64,000 nucleotides of DNA from an uncultured delta proteobacterium (GTDB lineage Bacteria; Myxococcota_A; Polyangia; Polyangiales; Polyangiaceae): contig CAWJCS010000004.1 in assembly GCA_963841435.1 (NCBI GenBank), forward strand, positions 448,001 through 512,000, read 5' to 3'. The notes below the pieces were generated by a model that did not search any database, was not told where the DNA came from, and saw only the letters and a program-made list of their open reading frames with translations. Positions 40,479 through 50,137 of the stretch are shown here, piece by piece. The translations under genes were made by a program, and so were the position numbers. The number at the start of each line of letters is the position of its first letter. The first letter of the stretch is position 1.

Positions 40479-40615
40479 GGCGCCGTCCAGTACCGCCGTA
40501 ACCGAGGCGGGAACGGGTGTTCCGAGGCTCTCAAAAAAAGCCGCGGGTTTAAGTGGCCGCAAAGCCCTCCAGGCATGCAGCCATCTGGCCCCCGCGGGCG
40601 GAAGGTAAACGAGAA

Positions 40616-41269
40616 ATGTCTGATCTCTGGCATCACTACCAAGCGGGCGGTTGGGCCATGTGGCTCATCCTGTTCTGGCTGATCTGCTCGATCGCCGTCA
40701 TCGCCGAGCGCAGCGTGTTCCTGTTCGGCGCCTCGATCAACAAGGACGTGTTCCTCGCCACCATGCAAAAGTGCATCCTGGCAGGGGACGTCGCGAAAGC
40801 CGTGAAGATGTGCTCCGCGGCGAATGCACCGCTGGCGCGCATCGTTCAGGCTGGCCTCGTGAAGGTGAATCGCCCTGACGAAGAGGTCCAGGCGGCGATG
40901 GACGAAGGCGCTCTACGCGAGATGCCGAAGATCACCAAGCGCACGAGCTTCCTCGCGCTGTTCGCGAACCTCGCGATGCTCTGCGGTCTGTTCGGCACGA
41001 TCGTCGGCCTCATCAAGGCGTTCGGCGCCGTCGGTGGTGAGTCGGTCGATCCGAGCCAGAAGGCACGCATCCTCGCCGAGGGTATTGCGGAAGCGATGAA
41101 CTGCACCGCGTTCGGCCTGATCTCCGCGATTACGGCGCTCGTCGGTTTCGCGTTCCTCAACGGCAAGACGCAGACGATGGAAGACGACATCAACGAGGCA
41201 TCGGTCACCGTGCTGAACCTCGTCGTCGCCAACCGTCAGAAGGTTAACCTCCAGGGCCTGGAGGGCTGA
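40616..41269 (+). CDS. aglR: MotA/TolQ/ExbB family motor subunit, AglR-like
   Basis: ERSVFLFGASINK, EVQAAMDE, GIAEAMNCTAFGL, DINEASVTVLNLVVAN resemble my recollection of M. xanthus AglR. Confidence 0.8.
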   Translation: MSDLWHHYQAGGWAMWLILFWLICSIAVIAERSVFLFGASINKDVFLATMQKCILAGDVAKAVKMCSAANAPLARIVQAGLVKVNRPDEEVQAAMDEGALREMPKITKRTSFLALFANLAMLCGLFGTIVGLIKAFGAVGGESVDPSQKARILAEGIAEAMNCTAFGLISAITALVGFAFLNGKTQTMEDDINEASVTVLNLVVANRQKVNLQGLEG

Positions 41270-41287
41270 GTCTCGACACCCGTTTCC

Positions 41288-41328
41288 GCCGGCTCGGCGC
41301 TGCGGCAAGCGCCGAGTTCCGAGCCGGC
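41288..41328 (+). other. GC-rich intercistronic stem-loop
   Basis: GCCGGCTCGG...CCGAGCCGGC inverted repeat with an alternative inner stem CTCGGCGCT/AGCGCCGAG, between aglR and aglQ. Confidence 0.4.
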
Positions 41329-41368
41329 ACCGCGCTCAGGAAAGATAGAGGAGAGAGGTTAGGTTCCC

Positions 41369-41929
41369 ATGGCTGGTATCGACGTTGGTGGTGGTCACGG
41401 CAAACGCGCCACAAACCACGAAATCCCCCTGATTCCCTTCATCGACTTTCTCCTTTGCCTGGTCGCGTTCCTGCTCGTGACCGCGGTCTGGTCGCAGATG
41501 GCGCGCATCAACGCTGACGCTCGCGTCCCTGGCCCGCCGCAGCCCGATGAGCCCAAGGATCCGCCGAAGGAGAAGCAGCTCCACGTCGAGATGAAGGGCG
41601 AGCAGAAGTTCCAGCTCGTGTGGAAGGAAGGGAACACGGTGGTGAACACCATCGACATCGATCGCAAGGCCGTCCCGGTCGGCGATCAGGGCGACTTCCG
41701 CTACCCCGATCTCGCGAAGAAGATCGTCGACGAGTGGACCGCCAATGGCTCGCACAAGGCGCCCACGGACGCCAAGCTCGATCAGTCGGTGCTGCACACC
41801 GACAACTCGACGCCGTTCGGCGACGTGATCGCAGTGATTGATGCCATCTACACCCCGAAGCGCGATCTGACGTGGGGTGGGAAGACCGAAAAGGTCCCCG
41901 CCTTCAACGTGACCTTCGCGGTCAACTGA
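41369..41929 (+). CDS. aglQ: ExbD/TolR family motor subunit, AglQ-like
   Basis: MAGIDVGGG...PFIDFLLCLVAFLLVTAVWSQMAR; conserved TM Asp; second gene of the operon. Confidence 0.75.
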   Translation: MAGIDVGGGHGKRATNHEIPLIPFIDFLLCLVAFLLVTAVWSQMARINADARVPGPPQPDEPKDPPKEKQLHVEMKGEQKFQLVWKEGNTVVNTIDIDRKAVPVGDQGDFRYPDLAKKIVDEWTANGSHKAPTDAKLDQSVLHTDNSTPFGDVIAVIDAIYTPKRDLTWGGKTEKVPAFNVTFAVN

Positions 41930-41936
41930 GGAAGCC

Positions 41937-42503
41937 ATGTCGGACAAGCCGCTCAGCCGTTTCACCCAGCCGATCGCCGTCCCCGGCCGGCGTCTGCTTC
42001 ATCACATCCCGCTCCGGTTCGTGCGCAAGAAGGTGGCAGGGGGCGGCTCGCGCGCCGTCAATTCCGAGATCCCGCTGATCCCCTTCATCGACTTCTTGCT
42101 CTGCATCGTGCTCTTCCTGCTCGCGAGCTTCTCGGCTTCGGGCGAGTTGCCGATCGACAAGAACGTGAAGCTGCCGAACGCGGAAAACGTCATCGACATG
42201 ACGGACGCGCCGATGTGCGCCATCACCGGCACGCAAATCCTCGTCGACGGCTCGGCCGCGGGCAGCACTCGCGTGATCGAGGAGGCGAACCGTCTTCAGC
42301 GCGTCGAGGAGCTCTTCAACATCCTCAAGAACAAGCGTGAGCTCTGGAAGCAGCTGAACCCCGGCAAAGACTTTCCGGGCGTCATCGTGTTGCAGGTCGA
42401 TCGCCGAGTGCAGGCGCTCGTCGTGAAGAGCGTGTTCCAGACAGCAGCGTTTGCTGGCTACCCGAACGTGAGCTTCATGGTCGGGCGACTCGGCAAGACC
42501 TGA
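41937..42503 (+). CDS. aglS: ExbD/TolR family motor subunit, AglS-like
   Basis: IAVPGRR...IVLFLLASFSASGE...LPNAENV...AGYPNVSF resemble AglS; third gene of the operon. Confidence 0.75.
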   Translation: MSDKPLSRFTQPIAVPGRRLLHHIPLRFVRKKVAGGGSRAVNSEIPLIPFIDFLLCIVLFLLASFSASGELPIDKNVKLPNAENVIDMTDAPMCAITGTQILVDGSAAGSTRVIEEANRLQRVEELFNILKNKRELWKQLNPGKDFPGVIVLQVDRRVQALVVKSVFQTAAFAGYPNVSFMVGRLGKT

Positions 42504-42555
42504 GCGGCGCGCACGGCTGCTCGGGTTCGAACCGAGTCGCCGCGCCCTGACGAGC

Positions 42556-43596
42556 ATGGTCGGCTCTCGCGAGCGTGGGCTCCCCTCGGTGAACCAGGCG
42601 CGCGGCGAGCGTCGTCGCGCCATGGTGCTCGGCCGCGTGCGTCTGCGCGGCATGCCGCCTCACTTCTGGCTGTGGGCGCTGACCGGCATCGGAGTGTTTT
42701 CCGTCTTCTACTGGCGGATTGCGCAGGGGCATCTGGAGAGCCGCAAGGCTCAGGTGATGGCCAAGCAACGTGCGATTGCTCACACCATCGGCCCGACTAT
42801 CCTGCCTTTTCGCGATCGCGTCGAGCGCTGGGTGACCGAGCTCGCTGGCAGCTACCCCGGAGACCTCGTCGAAAAGAGCGCCCCGCTCGACGTGATCCGA
42901 AAGAGCCCGGGGGTCTACCTTAGGCTCCGCCTCGCCAACGCCCATTCCGCACGCGACATCCGCAGGGCAGCGCGTGTGTCCCTCCACGACGGCTTCACGT
43001 CGTGTCTGTTCATGAGCCGAGACGCGGCGTCGCCGACCGAGGGGCCGCCATGTACCGTCACGGCCAACTGTGAGCCTGGCAAGCTTTGCAACGAGTGGAA
43101 CGTCTGCGCCGCGCCACCCACGCCGTACAACATGCGGCTCGCCTATCGCACGCTCAGGGTGCTGTCCAACGAATGGACCGACGAGCTGCACGGCGCGAGC
43201 AGTGAGCTCGGCGTCAACGCCTACGACCGCGATCTGGACAGCGTCACGCGCTACGACGTGCGCATCGCCGCCGACATTCTGGCTCGCTCGAAGTACTTCA
43301 CGCTCGTGCTCGACGAGGACCCGGAGGGGGGTCTGCCCACCGAGCTACCCGATGCCGGCGAGACGCCCGAGGAGCGCCTGCAGCGCGTCGGGCACCGTGC
43401 CCGGGTCGGGATCTGGGAGCTGGCGAGTGGTCGGCCGCTGCTCAGGCTGCGGGCCGAGGCCGCGGGCGAGTTCGTGCCCATGGGGGAGCGCGTGGTTCGG
43501 GATCCGGCTGTCGTCGCGGCGCAGGCCCGGCAGGTGAACAGCTGTCAGCTCGCGCTCGCCGTTCGGAGCGCGCTGTCGGGCGAGCCCGCACCCTAA
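42556..43596 (+). CDS. Hypothetical single-pass membrane protein with a Cys-containing extracytoplasmic domain
   Basis: TM FWLWALTGIGVFSVFYW; CTVTANCEPGKLCNEWNVC; start uncertain. Confidence 0.65.
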   Translation: MVGSRERGLPSVNQARGERRRAMVLGRVRLRGMPPHFWLWALTGIGVFSVFYWRIAQGHLESRKAQVMAKQRAIAHTIGPTILPFRDRVERWVTELAGSYPGDLVEKSAPLDVIRKSPGVYLRLRLANAHSARDIRRAARVSLHDGFTSCLFMSRDAASPTEGPPCTVTANCEPGKLCNEWNVCAAPPTPYNMRLAYRTLRVLSNEWTDELHGASSELGVNAYDRDLDSVTRYDVRIAADILARSKYFTLVLDEDPEGGLPTELPDAGETPEERLQRVGHRARVGIWELASGRPLLRLRAEAAGEFVPMGERVVRDPAVVAAQARQVNSCQLALAVRSALSGEPAP

Positions 43597-46500
43597 TGGC
43601 GTCCAGTCCCTTGCTCTCCCTTTCGGCCTTCGGGGCGCTCCGAGATCGGGGAGCCGAAGCCTCCACCGCCCGGCGTCTCGATGCGGAGTACGTCGCCGGG
43701 CTTCACGGCCACGGAGAAGCGCCCCGGGAGCTCGCGGCCGTTCAAGACGTTTCTGCCCGACGCGCCGGGTAGCCCGCCGGCGAGTCCGAACGGCGCCGTC
43801 GTGCGACGCTCGGAGATCACCGACACCCGAAGCGGCGCCAGAAACACGAGCTCACGGCACATGCCGTCGCCGCCGCGGCGCTGCCCGGCGCCGCCGGAGC
43901 CGCGGCGGATGGCGACCGAGCGCACTCGCACGGGGTAGTGACGCTCCAGCACCTCGGGATCGGTGAGGCGCGTGTTCGTCATGTGGGTCTGCACGGCCGA
44001 AGCGCCATCGTGGTCGGGGCCCGCGCCGGCGCCGCCCCCGATGGTCTCGTAGTAGCCGAACGACGCGTCGCCGAAGGTGAGGTTGTTCATGGTGCCCTGG
44101 CTGGCCGCTGCACGTCCGAACGCTGCAAGCATGACGTCCACGATGCGCTGTGAGGTTTCGACGTTGCCCGAGGCCACCGCCGCGCTCGCGCTGGGTGCGA
44201 GCAGGCTTCGATCGGGGATGAGTAGAACGACGTCACGCAGGCAGCCGGAGTTCAGCGGAATCGGGGCTGCGATCAACGCGCGCAGGCAATAAAGGACCGC
44301 GGCAGTCGTCACGGCGCGCGGCGCGTTGGCGTTCCCGGGCACCTCCGCGCTCGTACCGGCGAAGTCCACGCTGAGCCTCTTGCCCTCGCAACGGATGTGC
44401 ACCCGGATGCGCGTTCCGTCGTCGAGTGAGTCCTCGAACGAGCCGCTGAACGCACCCAGCGCGGCGAGCCAGCGCTCGACGCGCGTCGCCGCATCGTCGA
44501 GCAGGTGGGCCATGTAGCGCTCGACGAGCGCGAATCCCGCGGTTGCCCCGAGCTCCCCCAGGCGATCGCAGCCAAGCTTCATGGCCGCGATCTGCGCGGC
44601 GAGGTCCGCGAGATTGTCGCCAGGGCGCCGCGCGGGGTACGGGCCCCGTCGGAGAACGTCGAGCACGGCGCTTTCGTCGAGGCGCCCCGCGTGAACCGCC
44701 CGGAGCGCGCGAAAGACGGCGCCCTCGTCGTCGATATGTGTGGAATCGGCGGGCATCGAGCCGGGGGCTTTGCCGCCGACGTCGGCGTGGTGGCCTCGAC
44801 ACGCCACGAAGAAGCGCAGCGACCCCGCCGGGTCGTGGACGGGGGCCACCGTCGTGATGTCGGGCAGGTGCGAGCCGCCCGCCGCCGGGTCGTTGGTCAC
44901 GAAGACGTTGCCAGGGTCGGGTGCGGGGTGCGCCTCGAGCACGCTCTGTACGGACTCGCCCATGGCCCCGAGGTGGACCGGGATGTGGGGCGCGTTGGCA
45001 ATCAGGTTTCCGGCGCGGTCGAACACGGCGCACGAGAAGTCACGCCGCTCCCGGATGTTGGTGCTGAGGGCCGTGCGTCTGAGGACGTGCCCCATCTGCT
45101 CGGCGATCGACATGAAACGGCGGCCGAGCACCTCGAGCAGCACCGGATCGGGTTCCCGCGACGTGCCGCCGCCCCGGGTGCGGAACGTCAGGGCGCCGCC
45201 GGGCGACGGACCGAGGGCCGCGACGTTGGAGGGCCGCGCGAGGAGCAGTCCGCGCTCGTCGAGCTCGACGGTGAAGCCTGGATCGATCACCAGGGTGCCG
45301 TTCCTTTCGAGGACGACGAGCGGGCCCCGGTATCGTTCGCCCGTCCGGAGCTGGGCGCGCGTCCGCACGGGAACCTCGTCCAGCCAGCTGCCCTGCCAGA
45401 ACAGGCGTGTGCTCTTCGGCGCGCCGCCCTCGGGCTCGAGCGGCGGATGCAGGCTTCCGAGCTCGCGCCTCGCGGTCACGCTGACTCGCACGTTGACCAG
45501 CTCGACGGGATGGTCCGGCCGGGCGTGACCGAACAGCGCCGCGTGCCTTTCGTTAAAGGAAAGGGCAAGATCCTCGAGCTCGGCAAGCTCGCACGCGATC
45601 TGCGTCTCGGTCCCCGCGTAGCGCAGGCTCAGCGTCGGCTCGACCAGGAGTCGGCCCGAGCCCCCCACCTGGTCCCGGACGATGGCCTCTCCCGCGGTCC
45701 CGAGCTCGTCGAGCTGCCTTTTGGCGAGGATCAGCGCCGCCGCGTCTAGCGGCCGATCGATCTCTCGAGTGCCGTGCCACCCTACGTCGGCGAGGCCGAG
45801 CCCCCACGCCGAGAGCACGCCGCCAAGCGGGTGAAAGACGACGCTGCGGACGCCGAGGAGTCGGGCGATGGCGCACGCATGCTGTCCGCCGGCGCCGCCC
45901 AGAACGAGCAAGGCGTGCTCCCGCACGTCGTGACCGTGACCTACGGAGATCTCACGAATGGCCTGAGCCATGGCGTGATTGGCGACCTCCACGAACCCCT
46001 CGGCCACCTCGAGCGGGCTGAGCTGGCCGCCCGACGCGCCGAGCGCAGTGCTCAGGCCTTCGAGTGCGCGTAGGGCGCGACCCTGCTCGAGCGGGAGCGG
46101 GAAATGCTGCGCAACGAGCCGGCCGAGGCACAGGTTCACGTCGCTCAGCGTGAGCTCGGTGGCGAGCGGGCTGCCGTAGCAGAGTGGGCCTGGCACGGCT
46201 CCAGCACTTTCTGGCCCCACGCTGAGCTTGCCGCCGTCGAGGCGGCAGAGCGATCCGCCACCCGCAGCGATCGTCGTGACGGCGGTGACCGGCGCGCGCA
46301 TCCGGTAGCCCCCGATCGACGCTTCGTGCTCGAGCTCGATGCTGCCTGCGTCCGACCGAGACACGTCAGTCCACGTACCGCCCATGTCGAAGCTCACCAC
46401 CTTGCCGAGCCCGGCATGCTCGGCCAGGCGGGCACAGGCCACGACGCCCGCGGCGGGACCGGAAAGCAGCGCCGCGGGGCCCCGCAACGCGCGTGGCTCG

Positions 46501-47222
46501 GTGAGCGTGCCGCTCGACTGCATCACGCGCAGGCGCGAGCCGGGGAGCTCGACAGCCAGCACCGCGAGGGCCCGCGAGAGCGGCGGCGTGAGGTACGCGT
46601 CGAGCGCCGCGGTTTCGGCTCGACCGAGCAGGCCCAATTCCGGAGTGAGCTCCGAGGACAGCGCCACGTGCTCGAAGCCTGCCGTGCGAGCAAGCTCCGC
46701 GATCTCGCGTTCGAGGACACCCTCGCGGTGGTCGTTCAACACGGCCACTGCGAGGCTCGCGATGCCGCGGCCCCGGATGGCGCGAAGCTCATCGAGCAAT
46801 TGCGCTGGATCGGGGCGCTCGAGCGGCATGCCGTCGTTCGTCGCGCGCGCCTCCACCTCGAGCATGAGCTCCGGCAGCGGCGCAGGCCGGTCGATGGCGA
46901 GCGAGAAGAGGTCAGGGCGTGTTTGATCGCCGATGGCGAGCAGGTCGCCGAAGCCCTGGGTGATGGCGAGCGCCGAGCGGACCCCGCGCCGTTCCAGGAG
47001 GGCGTTGGTCGCGAGCGTGGTACCGAGCCGTACGTCGCACGCGGGCACTGGGGCTCCCGCCGAAACGCCGAGCAAGCGCCGGATCCCCTCGACGGGCGCC
47101 CGATCCGACGACGGGAGTTTGAGCGTTTCGAGCTTGCCCGTGCGCCGGTCGAGCGCGACGAAATCCGTGAAGGTGCCGCCGCGGTCGATCCAGACCTCGT
47201 GCGAGAAGTCGGCCGAAGCCAC
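43593..47222 (-). CDS. 5-oxoprolinase / hydantoinase A-B fusion
   Basis: IDRGGTFTD, LGTTLATNALLER, SGPAAG, ERRDFSCA, PHIPVHLG, SQGTMNN, ETPGGGGFG. Confidence 0.92.
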   Translation of the reverse strand: MASADFSHEVWIDRGGTFTDFVALDRRTGKLETLKLPSSDRAPVEGIRRLLGVSAGAPVPACDVRLGTTLATNALLERRGVRSALAITQGFGDLLAIGDQTRPDLFSLAIDRPAPLPELMLEVEARATNDGMPLERPDPAQLLDELRAIRGRGIASLAVAVLNDHREGVLEREIAELARTAGFEHVALSSELTPELGLLGRAETAALDAYLTPPLSRALAVLAVELPGSRLRVMQSSGTLTEPRALRGPAALLSGPAAGVVACARLAEHAGLGKVVSFDMGGTWTDVSRSDAGSIELEHEASIGGYRMRAPVTAVTTIAAGGGSLCRLDGGKLSVGPESAGAVPGPLCYGSPLATELTLSDVNLCLGRLVAQHFPLPLEQGRALRALEGLSTALGASGGQLSPLEVAEGFVEVANHAMAQAIREISVGHGHDVREHALLVLGGAGGQHACAIARLLGVRSVVFHPLGGVLSAWGLGLADVGWHGTREIDRPLDAAALILAKRQLDELGTAGEAIVRDQVGGSGRLLVEPTLSLRYAGTETQIACELAELEDLALSFNERHAALFGHARPDHPVELVNVRVSVTARRELGSLHPPLEPEGGAPKSTRLFWQGSWLDEVPVRTRAQLRTGERYRGPLVVLERNGTLVIDPGFTVELDERGLLLARPSNVAALGPSPGGALTFRTRGGGTSREPDPVLLEVLGRRFMSIAEQMGHVLRRTALSTNIRERRDFSCAVFDRAGNLIANAPHIPVHLGAMGESVQSVLEAHPAPDPGNVFVTNDPAAGGSHLPDITTVAPVHDPAGSLRFFVACRGHHADVGGKAPGSMPADSTHIDDEGAVFRALRAVHAGRLDESAVLDVLRRGPYPARRPGDNLADLAAQIAAMKLGCDRLGELGATAGFALVERYMAHLLDDAATRVERWLAALGAFSGSFEDSLDDGTRIRVHIRCEGKRLSVDFAGTSAEVPGNANAPRAVTTAAVLYCLRALIAAPIPLNSGCLRDVVLLIPDRSLLAPSASAAVASGNVETSQRIVDVMLAAFGRAAASQGTMNNLTFGDASFGYYETIGGGAGAGPDHDGASAVQTHMTNTRLTDPEVLERHYPVRVRSVAIRRGSGGAGQRRGGDGMCRELVFLAPLRVSVISERRTTAPFGLAGGLPGASGRNVLNGRELPGRFSVAVKPGDVLRIETPGGGGFGSPISERPEGRKGEQGTGRH

Positions 47223-47224
47223 GC

Positions 47225-49507
47225 TCAGTTCAAGAGCTTCGGCCCGGAGGCGCCGGCCTTCGGCGGGCGCCCGCGGACTTCGAATTTGAGCGCACCGTCC
47301 GTGAGGTCGACAATGACGTGGCCGCCGTGCTCGAGCTCGCCGAAAAGGAGCTGATCGCCGAGCGGGCGCTTGATCTCGTCCTGGATGAGGCGGCCGAGGG
47401 GGCGGGCTCCCTGGTCCTTGTCGTAGCCCTTCTCGGCGAGATAGCTGCGCGCCTCCTCGGTGAGCGACAGCGTGACCTCGCGCTCGGCGAGCTGGTCGCC
47501 GAGCTCTTTCATGAACTTGTCAACGACGAGCACCATCACTTCGCGCGACAGCGGATCGAACTGGATGCGCGCGTCGAGGCGATTACGAAACTCCGGGCTG
47601 AAAAGGTTCTTCAGCGCGATGTCTTCCTTGCCGCTGGAGTCGCGCTGGCCGAAGCCGACCATGCCGCGCGCGAGGTCCTGGGCGCCGATGTTGCTGGTCA
47701 TGATCAGCACGACGTGGCGAAAATCGGCCTTCTTGCCGTTGTTGTCCGTGAGCGTGCCATGGTCCATCACCTGCAAGAGCACGTTGAAGACGTCGGGGTG
47801 GGCCTTTTCGATCTCGTCGAGCAGGAGTACGGCGTGCGGCGTCTTGGAGATGGCTTCGGTGAGGAGACCGCCCCGATCGTAGCCGACGTAGCCGGGGGGC
47901 GCGCCGATGAGTCGCGAGACGGTGTGCCGCTCCATGTACTCGCTCATGTCGAAGCGAATGAGCTCGATGCCGAGGGTCTTGGCGAGCTGGCGCGCCGCTT
48001 CTGTCTTGCCGACCCCCGTCGGGCCGGTGAAAAGGTACGAGCCGATGGGCTTTTCCCGCGGGCGGAGCCCCGCGCGCGAGAGCTTGATCGCCGTCGAGAG
48101 CTCCTTGAGCGCGCGGTTCTGTCCGTAGACCACCTGCTCGAGGTCTGCCTCGAGGTTCTTGAGCGCCGTCTTGTCGCTGGAGCTTACCTGGCGAGTTGGG
48201 ATCTGCGCCATGCGCGCCACGACGTTCTCGATGCGCTCGATGCGCACGACTGGCTCGGCGCCCTCGTCGAGCTTGGTGTCCGCGCCCGCCTCGTCCATGA
48301 GGTCGATCGCCTTGTCGGGCATCTTGCGGTCGTGCAGATGTCGGTCGGACAGCTTGACGGCGCCGTCGAGCGCGTCGGGGTCGTAGGTGACGCCGTGGAA
48401 CTCCTCGTAGCGAGGGACGAGGCCCTTGAGGATTTCGAGCGTCTCTTCGAGGCTGGGCTCCAGCACCTCGATTTTCTGGAAACGGCGCGCGAGGGCGCGA
48501 TCGCGTTCCACGTGGGTCCGGTACTCCTCGAAGGTCGTCGCGCCGATACAGCGCAGCTGGCCGCTCGCGAGGGCGGGTTTGAGCAGATTCGCCGCGTCGA
48601 GCGTCCCGCCGCTCGCAGCGCCGGCGCCCACCACGGTGTGCATCTCGTCGACGAACAGGATCGCCCCGGGCTTGTCGGCGAGCGCCTTGAGCACGGCCTT
48701 GACCCTGTTCTCGAAGTCGCCGCGGAAGCGCGTGCCGGCCACCAACGCACCCATGTCGAGCGCGTAAATGACGGCCTCGTCGAGCACCTTCGGCACTTTG
48801 TGCTCGACGATGCGCTGCGCCAGCCCTTCGACGATCGCCGTTTTTCCGACGCCGGCGTCGCCCACGAAGAGTGGGTTGTTCTTGCGCCGCCGCGCGAGCA
48901 CCTGGATGGCACGCTTGAGCTCCCTGTCGCGCCCGACGAGGGGCTCGATGTCGCCAGCGATGGCGCGCTCGTTCAGGTTGATGGCGAAACGCTCCAGCGG
49001 GTCGCCGGCGCTCTCGCGCTCTTCGTCGTCACCGCCGAGTCCTGGGGTTGCCTCGAGCGACTCCTCGCTGCCGTCCTTGGCCACGCCGTGCGAGATGAAG
49101 CTCACGACGTCGTAGCGGGTGATGCCGGCGTCGGCCATCGCCTGGACGGCTGGTGAGTCAGCCTCCGCGAAGATGGCGATGAGGACATTGTGGCCCTTGA
49201 GCTCGTCCTTGCCGCTCGACTGGACGTGGATCGCCGCCCGCTGCAGGACGCGCTGGAAGCCGCGTGTAGGCGTCGGCTGCACGGAATCCGTCCCCGAGAC
49301 GGGCTTGAATTCCTCGCTCAGGATGCGCTCCAGACGCTTCTTGAGTTTTTCGACCTTGCCACCCGATTTCCGCACCACGGCCGCGGTCGCGTCGTCGTGA
49401 AGGAGCGCGTAGAGCAGGTGCTCGACTGCCATCACGTCGTGGCGGCGCGTCACGGCCTCACGCAGCGCGAGGGAACAGGCGATTTCGACTTCGGCGCTGA
49501 CTTTCAC
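47225..49507 (-). CDS. clpA: ATP-dependent Clp protease ATP-binding subunit ClpA
   Basis: Two AAA modules ([16 protein letters not shown]), [10 protein letters not shown]; follows clpS. Confidence 0.96.
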   Translation of the reverse strand: MKVSAEVEIACSLALREAVTRRHDVMAVEHLLYALLHDDATAAVVRKSGGKVEKLKKRLERILSEEFKPVSGTDSVQPTPTRGFQRVLQRAAIHVQSSGKDELKGHNVLIAIFAEADSPAVQAMADAGITRYDVVSFISHGVAKDGSEESLEATPGLGGDDEERESAGDPLERFAINLNERAIAGDIEPLVGRDRELKRAIQVLARRRKNNPLFVGDAGVGKTAIVEGLAQRIVEHKVPKVLDEAVIYALDMGALVAGTRFRGDFENRVKAVLKALADKPGAILFVDEMHTVVGAGAASGGTLDAANLLKPALASGQLRCIGATTFEEYRTHVERDRALARRFQKIEVLEPSLEETLEILKGLVPRYEEFHGVTYDPDALDGAVKLSDRHLHDRKMPDKAIDLMDEAGADTKLDEGAEPVVRIERIENVVARMAQIPTRQVSSSDKTALKNLEADLEQVVYGQNRALKELSTAIKLSRAGLRPREKPIGSYLFTGPTGVGKTEAARQLAKTLGIELIRFDMSEYMERHTVSRLIGAPPGYVGYDRGGLLTEAISKTPHAVLLLDEIEKAHPDVFNVLLQVMDHGTLTDNNGKKADFRHVVLIMTSNIGAQDLARGMVGFGQRDSSGKEDIALKNLFSPEFRNRLDARIQFDPLSREVMVLVVDKFMKELGDQLAEREVTLSLTEEARSYLAEKGYDKDQGARPLGRLIQDEIKRPLGDQLLFGELEHGGHVIVDLTDGALKFEVRGRPPKAGASGPKLLN

Positions 49508-49848
49508 CGGTCGCTCCCGAGCCCTTCGGGCTCAGCCGTACACCTCAGGGGGTGTCCGTGCTCCTTGGCGTAGGCCACGACGTGGGACGCCTTGGTTTCG
49601 GCCACGTCGCGCGTGAAGGTGCCGGCGATGCCGAAGCCCTTGTGGTGGATGTGCAACATGACCTGGGTCGCGCCCGTCTCGTCCATATGGAAGAACTTCA
49701 TCAATACGTGAACGACGAACTCCATGGTCGTGTAGTCGTCGTTGTGGAGGACGACGACGTACCGCCGAGGCTTCTCGACCTTCTGGTGCTCGGCCACGCC
49801 GAGCTCGCCCTCGGGCGTCGGTCCGGGTTTTGGGCGGTGACTCGCCAT
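49504..49848 (-). CDS. clpS: Clp protease adaptor ClpS
   Basis: YVVVLHNDDYTTMEFVV, VAETK, HPLRC. Confidence 0.95.
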   Translation of the reverse strand: MASHRPKPGPTPEGELGVAEHQKVEKPRRYVVVLHNDDYTTMEFVVHVLMKFFHMDETGATQVMLHIHHKGFGIAGTFTRDVAETKASHVVAYAKEHGHPLRCTAEPEGLGSDR

Positions 49849-49987
49849 GGTCGACGAATGGATTCTGGGCACGCTGGGGCCCTTTGTCGACCCCCCCGGC
49901 CCGCGGGCGGAAACTCAACCCGACGCGTGACCCTCGCGAGCGCGAAAACGTAAGCCCGGGGAGGCGCCTTCCCGGACGGGGACGCTC

Positions 49988-50128
49988 TCAGGTCGTCTTC
50001 TTGGCCGATGCCTTGGGCTTGGCGGCTTCGGCGTTCTCTCTCGCTCGCCGCGCCTCCCAGGCGAGGTTCTTTTTAGCTCGGCGGATGCGCTTGCGACGGC
50101 GGGTACGAGGATCTTGAGGGGTTCCCAT
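49988..50128 (-). CDS. Small basic protein (46 aa), below the ORF-track cutoff
   Basis: MGTPQDPRTRRRKRIRRAKKNLAWEARRARENAEAAKPKASAKKTT*. GGAG lies 5 nt before the ATG, directly after the upstream TAG. Confidence 0.6.
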   Translation of the reverse strand: MGTPQDPRTRRRKRIRRAKKNLAWEARRARENAEAAKPKASAKKTT

Positions 50129-50137
50129 GGCGGCTCC

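Noticed and set aside
49956-49975. Terminator for the minus-strand oxidoreductase operon
   Set aside because: The stem pairs better on the + strand, the loop is tiny and the U-tract is interrupted; too weak to call.
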